A stretch of DNA of 64,000 bases from positions 163,904 to 227,903 of the forward strand of contig JAKQUO010000028.1 of assembly GCA_029569255.1 (NCBI GenBank), in the 5' to 3' direction. Position numbers and translations under genes: made by a program. Position 1 is the first letter of the stretch, and each line of letters starts with the position of its first letter. Source of the stretch: Acidobacteriota bacterium (GTDB lineage: Bacteria > Acidobacteriota > Aminicenantia > Aminicenantales > Saccharicenantaceae). Positions 1 to 9,854 of this stretch are shown piece after piece. A model generated the notes under the pieces. The model was not told the origin of the DNA. It was given only the letters and a program-made list of their open reading frames with translations, and did no database searches.

Positions 1-11
1 AGGAGACACGC

Positions 12-203
12 ATGGCCGACGCGAAGGTCAAGATCGACAAGGCCCTCTACGAAAAGATCAAGAAATACGCCGAGATGTCCGGCTACTCCTCGGTCGAGGA
101 GTTCGTCACCCACTGCCTGGAGAAGGAGGTGGCCAAGATCGAGGAGGCCGACTCCGAAGAAGAGATCAAGAAGAAGCTCAAGGGGCTGGGTTACATCGGT
201 TGA
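12..203 (+). CDS. Small hypothetical protein (63 aa), ribbon-helix-helix/CopG-like pattern (beta strand KVKIDKALYEKI then two helices)
   Basis: ORF with SD AGGAGA at 1-6; high GC3; stop overlaps start of next ORF. Confidence 0.5.
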   Translation: MADAKVKIDKALYEKIKKYAEMSGYSSVEEFVTHCLEKEVAKIEEADSEEEIKKKLKGLGYIG

Positions 204-1036
204 GCCCCATGCCCGTCGTCAACCTCGTCTTCGGCCGGATCGTCGACACGGTCCTGTGGCCGTTCCAGGGCCTCCCGCCCTGGTTCGGATTGACGGCCGC
301 GTCGCTCCTGACGTCCCTGCTGATGCTCGAGGCCTACAAGCTGACATCGGACCAGGCGGCCATCCGCCGGGCCAAGGACCGCATCAAGGCCCACCTGCTC
401 GAGATGCGCCTGTACAAGGACAACATGCGGGCCAGTTGGGGCGCCCAAGCGGGCATCCTCAAGGCCAATCTCGCCTACCTCGCCGCCAACCTCAAGCCCC
501 TGGCCGTGATGATCGTCCCTCTCGTCCTCATCCTGGCCCGGCTCGGCCTCTGGTTCGACCGGGCGCCGCTCGAGCCCGGCCGGGAAACGCTGGTCAAGGC
601 CAAGCTGGCCGGGGCCGCCGACCCCGCGGCCCTCGACCTCCGGCTCGAAACGCCGCCGTTCGCCGAGGTCTCCGCCCCGCCGGTGCGCATCGCCGACGAG
701 CGCGAGGTCGTCTGGAGGATCAAGGCCCTGGCCGCGGGGCGGGGACGCCTGACCCTCCGGGCCGGCGACCGGACGGCCGAGAAGTCCCTCGCCGTCGGCG
801 GGCCGGAGCTGAGCAAGGTTTCGGCCCGGGCCTCGCGCGGGTCCTTCCCGGACCGGGTCCTCTATCCCGGCGAGCCGCCGCTCCCGGACGGGGCGCCCGT
901 CCGGTCGATCGAGGTCATCTATCCGGCGCGCCGGCTCGCCGCCTTCGGCCTCTCCGTCCACTGGCTGGCCGCCTACCTCGTCCTGTCCATCGCCTTCGGA
1001 TTCGCCCTCAAGGGCGTCTTCGGGGTCGAGATCTGA
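200..1036 (+). CDS. Hypothetical integral membrane protein (TM - basic coiled coil - TM - long linker - C-terminal TM); TTG start at 200 or ATG at 209
   Basis: Hydrophobic segments and a charged helical hairpin (IRRAKDRIKAHLLEMRLYKD) in the translation; 4-nt overlap with upstream ORF. Confidence 0.5.
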   Translation: MSPMPVVNLVFGRIVDTVLWPFQGLPPWFGLTAASLLTSLLMLEAYKLTSDQAAIRRAKDRIKAHLLEMRLYKDNMRASWGAQAGILKANLAYLAANLKPLAVMIVPLVLILARLGLWFDRAPLEPGRETLVKAKLAGAADPAALDLRLETPPFAEVSAPPVRIADEREVVWRIKALAAGRGRLTLRAGDRTAEKSLAVGGPELSKVSARASRGSFPDRVLYPGEPPLPDGAPVRSIEVIYPARRLAAFGLSVHWLAAYLVLSIAFGFALKGVFGVEI

Positions 1037-1058
1037 GATCCCCCGCGAGGAGTTGGGC

Positions 1059-2180
1059 ATGAAGATCGACGTCTTCAAGATGGAGCGGATGCAGTCGACG
1101 TGGGAGAACGTCGTCGACTACAACCTGTCCGAGAGCGGCGTCCGTCCCCTCGACCTCAACTGGCTCCTGGCGCCCGACGAGCTCGCCTCCCTGGCGGAGC
1201 TCGAGCTGGGCTACACCCAGACCAACGGCACGGTCCCGCTGCGGCGGGAGATCTCCCGCCGCTATCCCGGGGCCTCGCTCGAGCAGGTCCTGGTCACGGC
1301 CGGCTCGTCGGAGGCCAACTTCCTGCTCGCCTGGAGCCTCGTCGAGCCGGGCGACGAGGTCCTGTTCGAGCTGCCGAACTACATGCAGATGGCCGGCCTG
1401 CTCCGGGCCTTCGGGGCCGACGTCAAGCCCTTCCGCCTGAGGGAGAGCCTGGGCTGGCAGCCCGATCTCGACGAGATGAGCCGCCTCGTCACGCCCAAGA
1501 CCAAGCTCATCGTCCTGACCAATCCCAACAATCCGACGGGCGCGGTCCTCTCCGACGAGGCCATGAGGGGCATCGTCGGCCTCGCGGCCAAGGCCGGGGC
1601 CTGGATCCTGGCCGACGAGGTCTACCAAGGCGCCGAGCTTTCCGGCGTGCGGACGCCGAGCTTCTGGGGCCGTTACGAGAGGGTCCTCGCCGTCGGCGGC
1701 CTGTCCAAGGCCTACGGCCTGCCCGGCCTGCGGATCGGCTGGGTCGTCGGCCCGGAAGAGGCCGTCAAGAGGACCTGGCCGTACCACGACTACACGACCA
1801 TCTCCCCGTCGGCCCTGAGCGACCGGCTGGCCGCGCTGGCCCTTTCGCCCGGGAAGCGGGAGCGCCTCCTGGAACGGACGCGGCGGATCCTCGAGGCCAA
1901 CCTCCCCGTCCTCGAAGGGTGGCTGCGGGCCCACGGGGACCTGTTCTCTTTCCACCCGCCCAAGGCCGGGGCCATCGTCTTCGCCCGGTACGGGCTCGAC
2001 GTCCCCTCGGTCGAGCTGGCCGAGCGCCTGGTCCGCGAACAGAGCGTCCTCGTCGTCCCCGGGGACCATTTCGAAACCGAAGGCTTCCTCCGCTTCGGCT
2101 TCGGTTCCGATCGGGCCTACCTCCTTCAGGCCCTGGCCCGGATCGACGAAACGCTTAAAAAAGCCGGCGGAACATGGTAG
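1059..2180 (+). CDS. PLP-dependent aminotransferase class I/II
   Basis: Translation has the aminotransferase fold pattern (..LSKAYGLPGLRIGW.. with Schiff-base Lys context); SD GAGGAG 6 nt before ATG 1059. Confidence 0.8.
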   Translation: MKIDVFKMERMQSTWENVVDYNLSESGVRPLDLNWLLAPDELASLAELELGYTQTNGTVPLRREISRRYPGASLEQVLVTAGSSEANFLLAWSLVEPGDEVLFELPNYMQMAGLLRAFGADVKPFRLRESLGWQPDLDEMSRLVTPKTKLIVLTNPNNPTGAVLSDEAMRGIVGLAAKAGAWILADEVYQGAELSGVRTPSFWGRYERVLAVGGLSKAYGLPGLRIGWVVGPEEAVKRTWPYHDYTTISPSALSDRLAALALSPGKRERLLERTRRILEANLPVLEGWLRAHGDLFSFHPPKAGAIVFARYGLDVPSVELAERLVREQSVLVVPGDHFETEGFLRFGFGSDRAYLLQALARIDETLKKAGGTW

Positions 2181-2183
2181 AAT
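2155..2183 (+). promoter_or_regulatory. Putative sigma70 promoter of the skp gene (TTAAAA-N17-TAGAAT) inside the 3' end of the aminotransferase gene
   Basis: Hexamers read directly; 58 nt upstream of ATG 2241. Confidence 0.35.
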
Positions 2184-2240
2184 GTCGCATCCATTCCGAC
2201 AGGGAATGAGTTATAGGATCGTGGACCGACAGGAGGCTTC

Positions 2241-2783
2241 ATGAAAAGACAACGCGTCATCCCCCCCCTCGGCATCTTGTTCATCCTGGCCATGACGGCC
2301 GCGGGGCACGCCCAGAGCAAGGTCGCCATCATCAACTCCCAGCAGGCCTTCGAGACCTCGGCCGAAGGCAAGAAGGTCCTGACCCAGATGCAGGAGCGGG
2401 AGAACAAGATCAAGGCGGAGCTCCAGAAACAGGACGACGCCATCCGCCTTCTCGAGAACAAGCTGACCACGGGCCGTCTGACCATGACCAACGAGGCCCT
2501 GGCCGCCATCCAGTCCGACATCGAGAAGAAGACGACCGAGAGGAAGCGCTACGAAGAGGACCAGGCGCGCGACGGCAACCAGTACGCCAACAACCTGATC
2601 AACAAGATCCGTCTCGAGATGGTGGCCGTCATCGAGGCGCTGGCCAAGGAACAGGGCTACGACCTCGTCCTCGACATGCTCGCGAGCGGCGTCGTCACCT
2701 CCAGCCCGGCGATCGACATCACCTCGGAGGTCGTCCGCCGCTACGACGCGTCCAAAGCGGGCGCGCCTCCGGTCAAGAAGTAA
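2241..2783 (+). CDS. OmpH/Skp family periplasmic chaperone
   Basis: Signal peptide then coiled-coil Skp-like sequence (SQQAFETSAEGKK..LQKQ..). Confidence 0.85.
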   Translation: MKRQRVIPPLGILFILAMTAAGHAQSKVAIINSQQAFETSAEGKKVLTQMQERENKIKAELQKQDDAIRLLENKLTTGRLTMTNEALAAIQSDIEKKTTERKRYEEDQARDGNQYANNLINKIRLEMVAVIEALAKEQGYDLVLDMLASGVVTSSPAIDITSEVVRRYDASKAGAPPVKK

Positions 2784-2802
2784 TCCCCCCCGACGAAGCC
2801 GA

Positions 2803-2848
2803 CCCGGGGAGAGAGGGCGGCGCCCTCTTCCCCGGGCCTTTCATTTCA
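2803..2848 (+). terminator. GC-rich imperfect inverted repeat (cccggggagagagggcg / cgccctcttccccggg) followed by T-rich tract between convergent genes
   Basis: Seen in sequence. Confidence 0.45.
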
Positions 2849-5453
2849 ACCGCAGAGAGACCTCGGCTCCGGCGTAGCCGCGGCCCGAACCCGCAAAGCG
2901 CACGGACAGAGAGCGGCCGTCGAACGAGGCCCCCTCGACCGTCTCGAGGCGCTCCCCGTTGAGGACCTCGAGCGCGTAGCTCTCTCCGGCCCGGCCTTCG
3001 AGGCTCAGGACGAGGTCGCGGCCGGAGAGGCGGGAGCGGACGAGCCGCAGGCCGGCGCTCACGCTCCCCGTCATCGACGGTGTTCCCGGGAGGACGGGCT
3101 CGGGGCCGGGCGTGAAGCGAAGCTCGACCGTATCGTCGCCGGACAGGGCCAGCTCCAGCCGCGGCCGCAGGGACTGGGCCGAGGGCCGGTCATCCAGCGC
3201 GACATCGACCGGCCGGCCGTTCACGCGGGCGGCGACGGCCCCGGCCCCGAGACCGAGGGCGGGGGCGAAGAGGAACCGGAACCCGTCGGCCCGCTTCGAC
3301 CGGACGTTGAGGACGAGGCGGTCTTTTTCCCGGCGGTACTCCAGGTCCAGCGCGGCGTCTCCGAGCCTCCAGCCGGCCACGGACACGGCCGGCCACGCCG
3401 CCGGGAAGCCCGGACGGAACGAGGCCGTCCGGTCGAGGGCGCTCCCGTCGAGGCCGAGGAGCCCCCGGACGAACGGCAGGGCGACGCCCGTCGAGGAGAA
3501 CCCCTGGTGCGGCACCCCTTCCTGCGGCCAGGTGTTCTGATGGCCGGAGTGAAGCTCCATGACCGTGCCCAGGGCGTTGTCGAAGGTGTGCCGGGCGTTG
3601 GCCGTGAGGACATGCAGCGCCTGGGGCAGGAAACCGTGCTCGAAGAGGGCCGCCGCGACCCAGCCGGAGAGGAACGGCCAGCAGGCGCCGTAGTTGTAGT
3701 TGAGCGGCTCGTAGAACGGGCTTGCGTCGGAGAGCATCCGGACGCCCCAGTCCGTGGTCAGGTCGGAGCGGTTCATCCGGGCCAGGGTCTCGACGCCGCG
3801 CTCGCGTTCGCCCAGGCCCCAGGCCAGGCCGACGGCGCTCCAAGGGGTGAGCTCGGGGACGCGGTTGCCGTCCTTGTCGATGGCGTAGGCGTACCGGCCG
3901 TTGGCGGCGTCCCAGAACTGCCCGTTCCAAGCCGCCCCCGCCCGGGCGGCGGCCGCCTCGGCCTTTTTGGCCGTCGCCTTGTCCCCCATCGCCAGGGCCA
4001 GCGTCCGCAGGGCCTGGTTGGCCTTGACCCAGACGGCCCCGACGTAGACGTCCGTCCGGATGCCGGTCAGGGCGCCGAATTCGAGGGCGCCCAGGCCGGC
4101 CTTGGCGTTGTCCATGAGCCCGTCGCCGTCGCCGTCCGTCCCGGCCGACCACCCGTAGGCCCCGAGGACCGACGGCCAGCTCTCGCGGAGGAAGTCGAGG
4201 TCGCCGGTCCGGCGGACATAGTCCTCGACGGCGACGACGTAATAAGGCGAGGTGTCGCCATGGATGTAGCCGTAAGGATAGTCCTCCCACCAGCGGATGT
4301 AGCCGGCCGCCTGGCTGAGCTCGTGGGCCATCTTGCCGTCCTTCCGCTGCCATTTCCGGGTGAAGGCCAGCCCGTCGCGGGAGGCGGAGAAGTTCCCGAA
4401 GCCGTTGAAGCTCAACGAGTTGAGGTAGGCGTCCGTGCCGAAGAACCAGCCGAAGCCGGGACGCCCGCCCAGGCCCGAGGGGCCCAGCCCGGCGACCAGG
4501 CCGCGGCCGAGGTCGGGGTTGTCGACGATGAGGCCGTCAAGGGCGATCTTGGCCCACTCGAAGGCCAGGTCGAGCTCCGGGTCGGGCGTCCGGACCGTGA
4601 GCGTCGCGCGGCGCAGGTCCGAGAAGTGCCCGACCGCTTTCCGGTACAGCGAGGCCGGATCGGCGGCGATGGCTTGGTAGGCTCTCTTCACGTCCTCGCG
4701 GGCGCCCTTGCCGCCGGCCATGACGATGGGGATGAAGCGCCCGGCGACCGCCGACGGGTCGGCGATCTCGATCGCGAACTGGTTCGGGACGTCGGAGAGC
4801 ATGTGGGCCGGCGTGTAGGAAATGCCCCGGGCCGCCGGCGATCCGAGATAGCCGTGGTTCTTGCGGGTCGGCTCCGAGATGAGATAGGCCTTGAGCCCGT
4901 CGTCCCAAGAGGCGTACTGGCCGCCGAGCCCGGCCGGCCACATGGGCTGGAGGACCGGGAGGAAGCTGCAAACGACGGTCAGAGGCTCGGTCGAGTCGAC
5001 CTCCAGCAGGATGGCCGCGCCCGGATCGTCGACCGGCGCGACGAGGTGGGCCTTGACGGCGAAGGACTGGTAGGTGAAGGTCAGGGTGGTCACTGCCGGG
5101 TCGGCCGCGACGAAACGGACGATGTCCCGGCCCTCGATCGGCGTGGTGCTCGCGCCGAGGAGGAACGAGAAGCGGAGGTCGCGAAAGAGCTTGAGCGGGT
5201 AGGCCCAGGCCTCGAACCCGCCGCCCTCGAAGCCGATGAGGGCGAACTTCCGGCCGGCCTTGTCCAGCGGCGTCAAGGGCTGGGCGCGACGGCGGAGGAC
5301 GAGGTCGCCGGCGGTGATGCCGAAGGCGCCAATCGAGCCGGCCAGGGGCGGCGGTCCCGGCGGGGTCCGCGGGGCCGCCCCCAGGGGCGTCATCCGGGGG
5401 ACGACAAGGATGGCGGCCGCGAGGGCGGCCAGGACTCGCGTTCTCGATGCCAT
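2841..5453 (-). CDS. Secreted (alpha/alpha)6 six-hairpin glycosidase-like protein (GDE_C/GH63/GH116-like), 870 aa
   Basis: Signal peptide; motifs WEDYPYGYIHGDTSPYY, GLMDNAKAGLGALEFG typical of amylo-alpha-1,6-glucosidase-like barrels; family assignment uncertain. Confidence 0.6.
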   Translation of the reverse strand: MASRTRVLAALAAAILVVPRMTPLGAAPRTPPGPPPLAGSIGAFGITAGDLVLRRRAQPLTPLDKAGRKFALIGFEGGGFEAWAYPLKLFRDLRFSFLLGASTTPIEGRDIVRFVAADPAVTTLTFTYQSFAVKAHLVAPVDDPGAAILLEVDSTEPLTVVCSFLPVLQPMWPAGLGGQYASWDDGLKAYLISEPTRKNHGYLGSPAARGISYTPAHMLSDVPNQFAIEIADPSAVAGRFIPIVMAGGKGAREDVKRAYQAIAADPASLYRKAVGHFSDLRRATLTVRTPDPELDLAFEWAKIALDGLIVDNPDLGRGLVAGLGPSGLGGRPGFGWFFGTDAYLNSLSFNGFGNFSASRDGLAFTRKWQRKDGKMAHELSQAAGYIRWWEDYPYGYIHGDTSPYYVVAVEDYVRRTGDLDFLRESWPSVLGAYGWSAGTDGDGDGLMDNAKAGLGALEFGALTGIRTDVYVGAVWVKANQALRTLALAMGDKATAKKAEAAAARAGAAWNGQFWDAANGRYAYAIDKDGNRVPELTPWSAVGLAWGLGERERGVETLARMNRSDLTTDWGVRMLSDASPFYEPLNYNYGACWPFLSGWVAAALFEHGFLPQALHVLTANARHTFDNALGTVMELHSGHQNTWPQEGVPHQGFSSTGVALPFVRGLLGLDGSALDRTASFRPGFPAAWPAVSVAGWRLGDAALDLEYRREKDRLVLNVRSKRADGFRFLFAPALGLGAGAVAARVNGRPVDVALDDRPSAQSLRPRLELALSGDDTVELRFTPGPEPVLPGTPSMTGSVSAGLRLVRSRLSGRDLVLSLEGRAGESYALEVLNGERLETVEGASFDGRSLSVRFAGSGRGYAGAEVSLRLK

Positions 5454-5490
5454 GTTCCCCTCCTCGCGCGACGATCGGCCCTCCGGCGGC

Positions 5491-6648
5491 CTATTCGAAC
5501 GTCAGGCGGATGCGGACGACCTCGGCCCGGCTCCCGACGCGGATGGGCGGGCCCCAGGTCCCGGCCCCGCTGGTCACGTAGTAGTGGGTGTCACCCTTGC
5601 GGAGATAGCCCCGGTTGAGCTCGTAGATGCGGCTGTTGATGAGGCCGACGGGGAAGATCTGCCCGTCATGGGTGTGCCCGGAGATCTGGAGGGCCGCGCC
5701 GGCCCGCTCGGCCTCCTCGAGGCGGACGGGCTGATGGTCGAGGACGACGACCGGCAGGTCCGCGGGCAAGCCGCTCGCGGCCAGGATGCTCTCGATCGAC
5801 AGGCGCTGCTCACGGGACCCGAGCGAGCTCGGGTCGCGGCGCCCGACCAGGATGAAGGAATCGCCGACTCGAACGGCCCGGTCCTCGAGGACCGTGACGC
5901 CGCAGGCGCGGAGGCAGGCCAGGTTCGTCTCGAGGCCGCTGTAGAACTCGTGGTTGCCGGGGACGGCGAAGACGCCGAGGGGCGGCCGGAGCCGGCGCAT
6001 GAGCGCGGCGAGCCTGGCCTCGATCTCCGGCGTCACCGATTCATCCACGATGTCGCCGGCGAACAGGACGACGTCGGGCCCGAGGGCGTTGGCGCGCTCG
6101 ACGACCTTGGCCAGCCGTTCCGGGCCGACGACCGCGCCGAGATGGAGGTCGGAGGCCGCGACGACGGTCAAGCGCCCCGCGGGGCCCGTTTTCCTCGGCA
6201 CCGTCAGCTCGAGGTCGGCCGTGGCCAATCGGGTCGCGTTGACGGCGCCGGCGACGATGGTCAGGACGACCGCCCCGGCCGCGACCGCGAAGACGGCGGG
6301 CCCGGCCCCGGGGGCCGCGAACCAGCCCTTCGGCAGGAAGGGGACGAAGGCGTTGACCAGCCGGACGAGGTCGACGGCCAGGACGGCGACGAGGCCGAAG
6401 AGCATGACGGCCAGTTGATAGTTCCCGATGCCGGCCAGGACCGTGGACGCCCGGCCGCGGGCGACGCTCCCAAGGAAGCGGCCCAGCGGAAAGGCCAGGG
6501 CCAAGCCGATGAAAAGGACGAGGAAGACCCGGCGGGCCGCGGGAACCGAGGCCAAGGCCTGGGCGCCGCGGCGGCCGATGTAGACATTGATCAGGGCGTA
6601 GACCGACAGGGCGGCAGCCAGGAACAGGGACATCCTCGATCCTCTCAC
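5491..6648 (-). CDS. Membrane-anchored calcineurin-like metallophosphoesterase
   Basis: N-terminal TM helices then ASDLHLG..GDIVD..GNHEF metallophosphatase motifs. Confidence 0.85.
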   Translation of the reverse strand: MRGSRMSLFLAAALSVYALINVYIGRRGAQALASVPAARRVFLVLFIGLALAFPLGRFLGSVARGRASTVLAGIGNYQLAVMLFGLVAVLAVDLVRLVNAFVPFLPKGWFAAPGAGPAVFAVAAGAVVLTIVAGAVNATRLATADLELTVPRKTGPAGRLTVVAASDLHLGAVVGPERLAKVVERANALGPDVVLFAGDIVDESVTPEIEARLAALMRRLRPPLGVFAVPGNHEFYSGLETNLACLRACGVTVLEDRAVRVGDSFILVGRRDPSSLGSREQRLSIESILAASGLPADLPVVVLDHQPVRLEEAERAGAALQISGHTHDGQIFPVGLINSRIYELNRGYLRKGDTHYYVTSGAGTWGPPIRVGSRAEVVRIRLTFE

Positions 6649-7226
6649 CCGCGTGGCGCCTCGTTGAACCCGACGACTTCCTCGAAGGGGCGCCGCGGCG
6701 GCTCGCGCTTCGGCCGCGACGCGGCGTAGCCCAGCGGCATCAGGGCCACCAGCTTGAGCCGCGGCGGGATCCCCAGGGCCTTGCGGGCCCGGCGGTAATT
6801 GAACCAGCCCATCCAGCAGGTGGCCAGGCCCAGCTCCTCGGCCTGGAGGACGATGTGCTCGCCGGCGATGCCCATGTCGATGAGGTAGTAGGGCACGCCC
6901 TGGATCAGCGAGCCGAGGCGGACGACGGCCCGGCCGGGCCTCGCCAGCAGGGCCAGGATGACCGGCGCCTGGGCGGCGAACTTCGAACCCGAGAAGAGGC
7001 CGGAGAAGGCCGCCGCGGCCAAGCGCTCCTTGAGGGCCGGCTGGTCGACGACGAGGACGCGGCAGGGCTGGACGTTGTGGGCCGAGGGGGCGCTCCGGGC
7101 CGCTTCGAGGCAGGCCCGGAGCTTCTCCGGTTCGACCGGCGTCGGCAGGAAGCGGCGGATGCTCCGCCGGCCGCGGAGGATCCTCTGGAACGGCGTGGGC
7201 CCGGGCTCTCGCGTCTCGTCCGTCAT
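6645..7226 (-). CDS. Nitroreductase family protein
   Basis: RRSIRRF..HNVQPCRVLVV nitroreductase signature; 4-nt overlap with downstream gene. Confidence 0.85.
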   Translation of the reverse strand: MTDETREPGPTPFQRILRGRRSIRRFLPTPVEPEKLRACLEAARSAPSAHNVQPCRVLVVDQPALKERLAAAAFSGLFSGSKFAAQAPVILALLARPGRAVVRLGSLIQGVPYYLIDMGIAGEHIVLQAEELGLATCWMGWFNYRRARKALGIPPRLKLVALMPLGYAASRPKREPPRRPFEEVVGFNEAPRG

Positions 7227-7257
7227 GCCGGCTCCGTCTTTCCGGGTCCTTGTGCCC

Positions 7258-8574
7258 CTATCTGACCAGGACGAGCTCGGTCTGGCGCCGGTCCAGGAAG
7301 ACCGTCCCCGACCTGGTGAAAGCGGCGTCCTGCTCCAGGGCGATCCGGACGTCCTGGCCGTTCCACTCGGGGACGGAGGCCTGGACGTTGAGCTCGATCG
7401 AGAAGACGGTGTCGGGATGAAGGGGATAGTCGCCCGCGCCGGGCACCCCGCCCTGCCGGTCCCAGAGCCCGATCGTCGGCCCGGCGGCGTGCCCGTGGAC
7501 GCCGAGCGGGTGGGTGTAGATGCTCGGCCTCAGGCCCTCGTCCTTGGCCCGCTTGAGGGCCGCGGCCAGGACCTGGTTCCCCGTCAGCCCCTCCTTCATC
7601 TCGCCGAGGAGGATGTCTTGGAGCCGGTTCCCCTGGGCCAGGGCGGCCTTGAGGCCGGCCGGCGCGTCGGTCTCGCCGGGCCTCAGGACATAGGCGTGCT
7701 GCTGCGTGTCGGTGTTGAGCCGGAGATAGTTGATGCCGACGTCGCAGTGGAGGAGGTCGCCCCGGTGGATGACCGGGCTGTCCTTGTAAGGGCTCGAAGC
7801 CGGGCGCTGGACCTCGACGCTGGGGGCGAACCATGTCGTCTGGCCGAGGGCGCGGAACTTCTCCCAGAACCACCACTCGACGTCGGACGTCGTCGTCAGG
7901 CCCGGCGTGATGACGGCGTTGGAGAAGGCCTCGGCGATGACGGCGTGGGCGACGGCGCAGATGTGATGGTAGGCCTCGATCTCGGCGGGAAGCCGCCGTT
8001 CGAGCCAGCCGACGGCCAGGCGCTCCGCGCTGACCAGCCTTTTCGCGTACTCCGGGCCGAGGGCCTGGACGAGCCGGGCCTTCTTGGACGCGCTCAGGCC
8101 GTCGCCGAAGGCGAAGACGTCGGACTCGTCGATGCCGATCCGCTTCGGGTCGCGCGCCCTGACCGCCTCAGCCAGGGTCCGCCACTGGTCCTCCTCGCCG
8201 GCCTTCCAGACCGTCGGGAAGAGGTCGCCGAGTCCGTAGCGGTTGACCGAGAACCTCTCCACGCCCTTCTCCCCTCCCCGGTCGAACATGACCAGCATGG
8301 TCAACCGCCGGGCCGAGAGGCTGGCGAAGGGGACGAGCGAGAGATAGACCGGGTCCTCGTTGTACTCCTCGCAGACGACCAGCCACATGTCGATCCGCTC
8401 CCGCCGCATCAGCTCGGGCAGGAGGACCGTCAGGCGTTCCCGGAGCCAGCCGTCGCAGACGCGGGCCTGTTCCTCTAGGCTCAGGACGGCCGGGGCCTGG
8501 CCGCGGGCCGCAGCCGGCGCAAACAGGGCCAGGGCGATGAGGACGGCGGGAAGTCCCGGGACGAAGCGACGCAT
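7258..8574 (-). CDS. Secreted M24 family metallopeptidase (Xaa-Pro aminopeptidase/creatinase-like)
   Basis: The ORF in the track extends to 9048, but a signal peptide starts at Met 8574 (MRRFVPGLPAVLIALALFAPAAARG); creatinase N-terminal domain and M24 pita-bread motifs (HCDVGINY.. HPLGVHGH..). Confidence 0.8.
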   Translation of the reverse strand: MRRFVPGLPAVLIALALFAPAAARGQAPAVLSLEEQARVCDGWLRERLTVLLPELMRRERIDMWLVVCEEYNEDPVYLSLVPFASLSARRLTMLVMFDRGGEKGVERFSVNRYGLGDLFPTVWKAGEEDQWRTLAEAVRARDPKRIGIDESDVFAFGDGLSASKKARLVQALGPEYAKRLVSAERLAVGWLERRLPAEIEAYHHICAVAHAVIAEAFSNAVITPGLTTTSDVEWWFWEKFRALGQTTWFAPSVEVQRPASSPYKDSPVIHRGDLLHCDVGINYLRLNTDTQQHAYVLRPGETDAPAGLKAALAQGNRLQDILLGEMKEGLTGNQVLAAALKRAKDEGLRPSIYTHPLGVHGHAAGPTIGLWDRQGGVPGAGDYPLHPDTVFSIELNVQASVPEWNGQDVRIALEQDAAFTRSGTVFLDRRQTELVLVR

Positions 8575-8788
8575 GTCTCTCTCCTTTCTCTCCGGCGGGC
8601 CGGCGCCCAGGCCCTGTTCCCCGCGATTATACCTCAGAACGGCCGGCCCGGGGAGGATCCGGCCGTTTCCGCGGCCGTTTCGGCGCTCCGTTGCCTCGAC
8701 CGGGGCGAAGGTGTTATAGTCCGCACGAGGAACCTCTCGACACGGATTTTCGTATGAATCAGAGAAATCATCCCCGGAGGTCGGAACC

Positions 8789-9799
8789 ATGAAAAAGAGG
8801 ATCGGCGCCGTTATAGGCTTGGCCTTCCTGCTCGCCGCTTGCTTCTCGTGCTCGGGCGTCACGCCGGGCGCCTCGGCCGGAGAGGACCTGATCAAGCTCC
8901 TGCCCAAGGGCTCGCTGGGCGTCCTGGCCGTCGACGTCCACCGGGCCTTGGCGACCGAAGCCGCAGCGAAGACGCTCCAAGACCCCAAGGCCAAGGAGAA
9001 GCTCGACGAATTCGTCAAGATGAGCGGCATCGACCCGGTGAAGGACATCTCCTATCTCGGCATCGGGTTCAGCCCCGGCGCCGGAGGCGGCGAGGCGGAG
9101 GGAGGGATCGTCGTCAGCCTGAGGTACGACCGGGACAAGCTCCAGGGCCTGATCAAGGACAAGGCCCCCGAGGCCCGGGAAGAGCTCTACAACGGGGTGG
9201 CCGTCTACTCCCGGCTCGACGGCAAGGGCGTCAAGCCGGGGCTCCAGGCCGCCTTCCTCGACGCGGGCCACATCGTCCTCGGCAGCGAGAAGGGCGTCAA
9301 GGGCATCATCGACGTCCATCAGAAGAGAGCGGACTCGATCGCCAAAGATCCGGCGCTCTCGGCCGCCCTCAAGAAGGTCGATAAAGCGGCCATCGCCTGG
9401 GGGGCCTTCGCCGTTCCCCGGGACCTCCTCCAGAAAGGCATCGCCTCGAACCCCCAGCTCAAGGTCCTCGAGGGCGTCCAGGCCCTGACCCTGGCCTTCG
9501 ACTACCGCTTGAACGCCTTCGTGGCCGACATCCAGGCCCACGGCGGGACCAAGGCCCAGAACGCCACCCTGGCCTCGACCCTGAACGGGCTCAAGAGCCT
9601 CGGGGCCATGTTCGCCGCCCAGGAGCCGGTTGTGGGCGAGGCCCTCGACGGCGTCGAGATCACCTCCGGCGAGGGCTTCACGCGCCTGGCAGTCAATCTC
9701 CCCCAGTCCGTCATCGACAAGCTCGGCGAGGCGGCCAAGGCGAAGGCCGGCGATTTCGTCAAGATCGGGAAGGACCGGCCGGCCGACAAGATCGAGTAA
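8789..9799 (+). CDS. Hypothetical lipoprotein (signal peptide plus lipobox LAAC)
   Basis: MKKRIGAVIGLAFLLAACFSC; SD GGAGG upstream. Confidence 0.7.
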   Translation: MKKRIGAVIGLAFLLAACFSCSGVTPGASAGEDLIKLLPKGSLGVLAVDVHRALATEAAAKTLQDPKAKEKLDEFVKMSGIDPVKDISYLGIGFSPGAGGGEAEGGIVVSLRYDRDKLQGLIKDKAPEAREELYNGVAVYSRLDGKGVKPGLQAAFLDAGHIVLGSEKGVKGIIDVHQKRADSIAKDPALSAALKKVDKAAIAWGAFAVPRDLLQKGIASNPQLKVLEGVQALTLAFDYRLNAFVADIQAHGGTKAQNATLASTLNGLKSLGAMFAAQEPVVGEALDGVEITSGEGFTRLAVNLPQSVIDKLGEAAKAKAGDFVKIGKDRPADKIE

Positions 9800-9814
9800 C
9801 CGGGTCCCGGCCCG

Positions 9815-9854
9815 GCCCGAACCGTTCACGGACCGAAACAGGAATGGTTCGGGC
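9815..9854. terminator. 9-bp inverted repeat gcccgaacc ... ggttcgggc between convergent lipoprotein and ABC permease genes
   Basis: Seen in sequence; no clear U tract. Confidence 0.3.
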
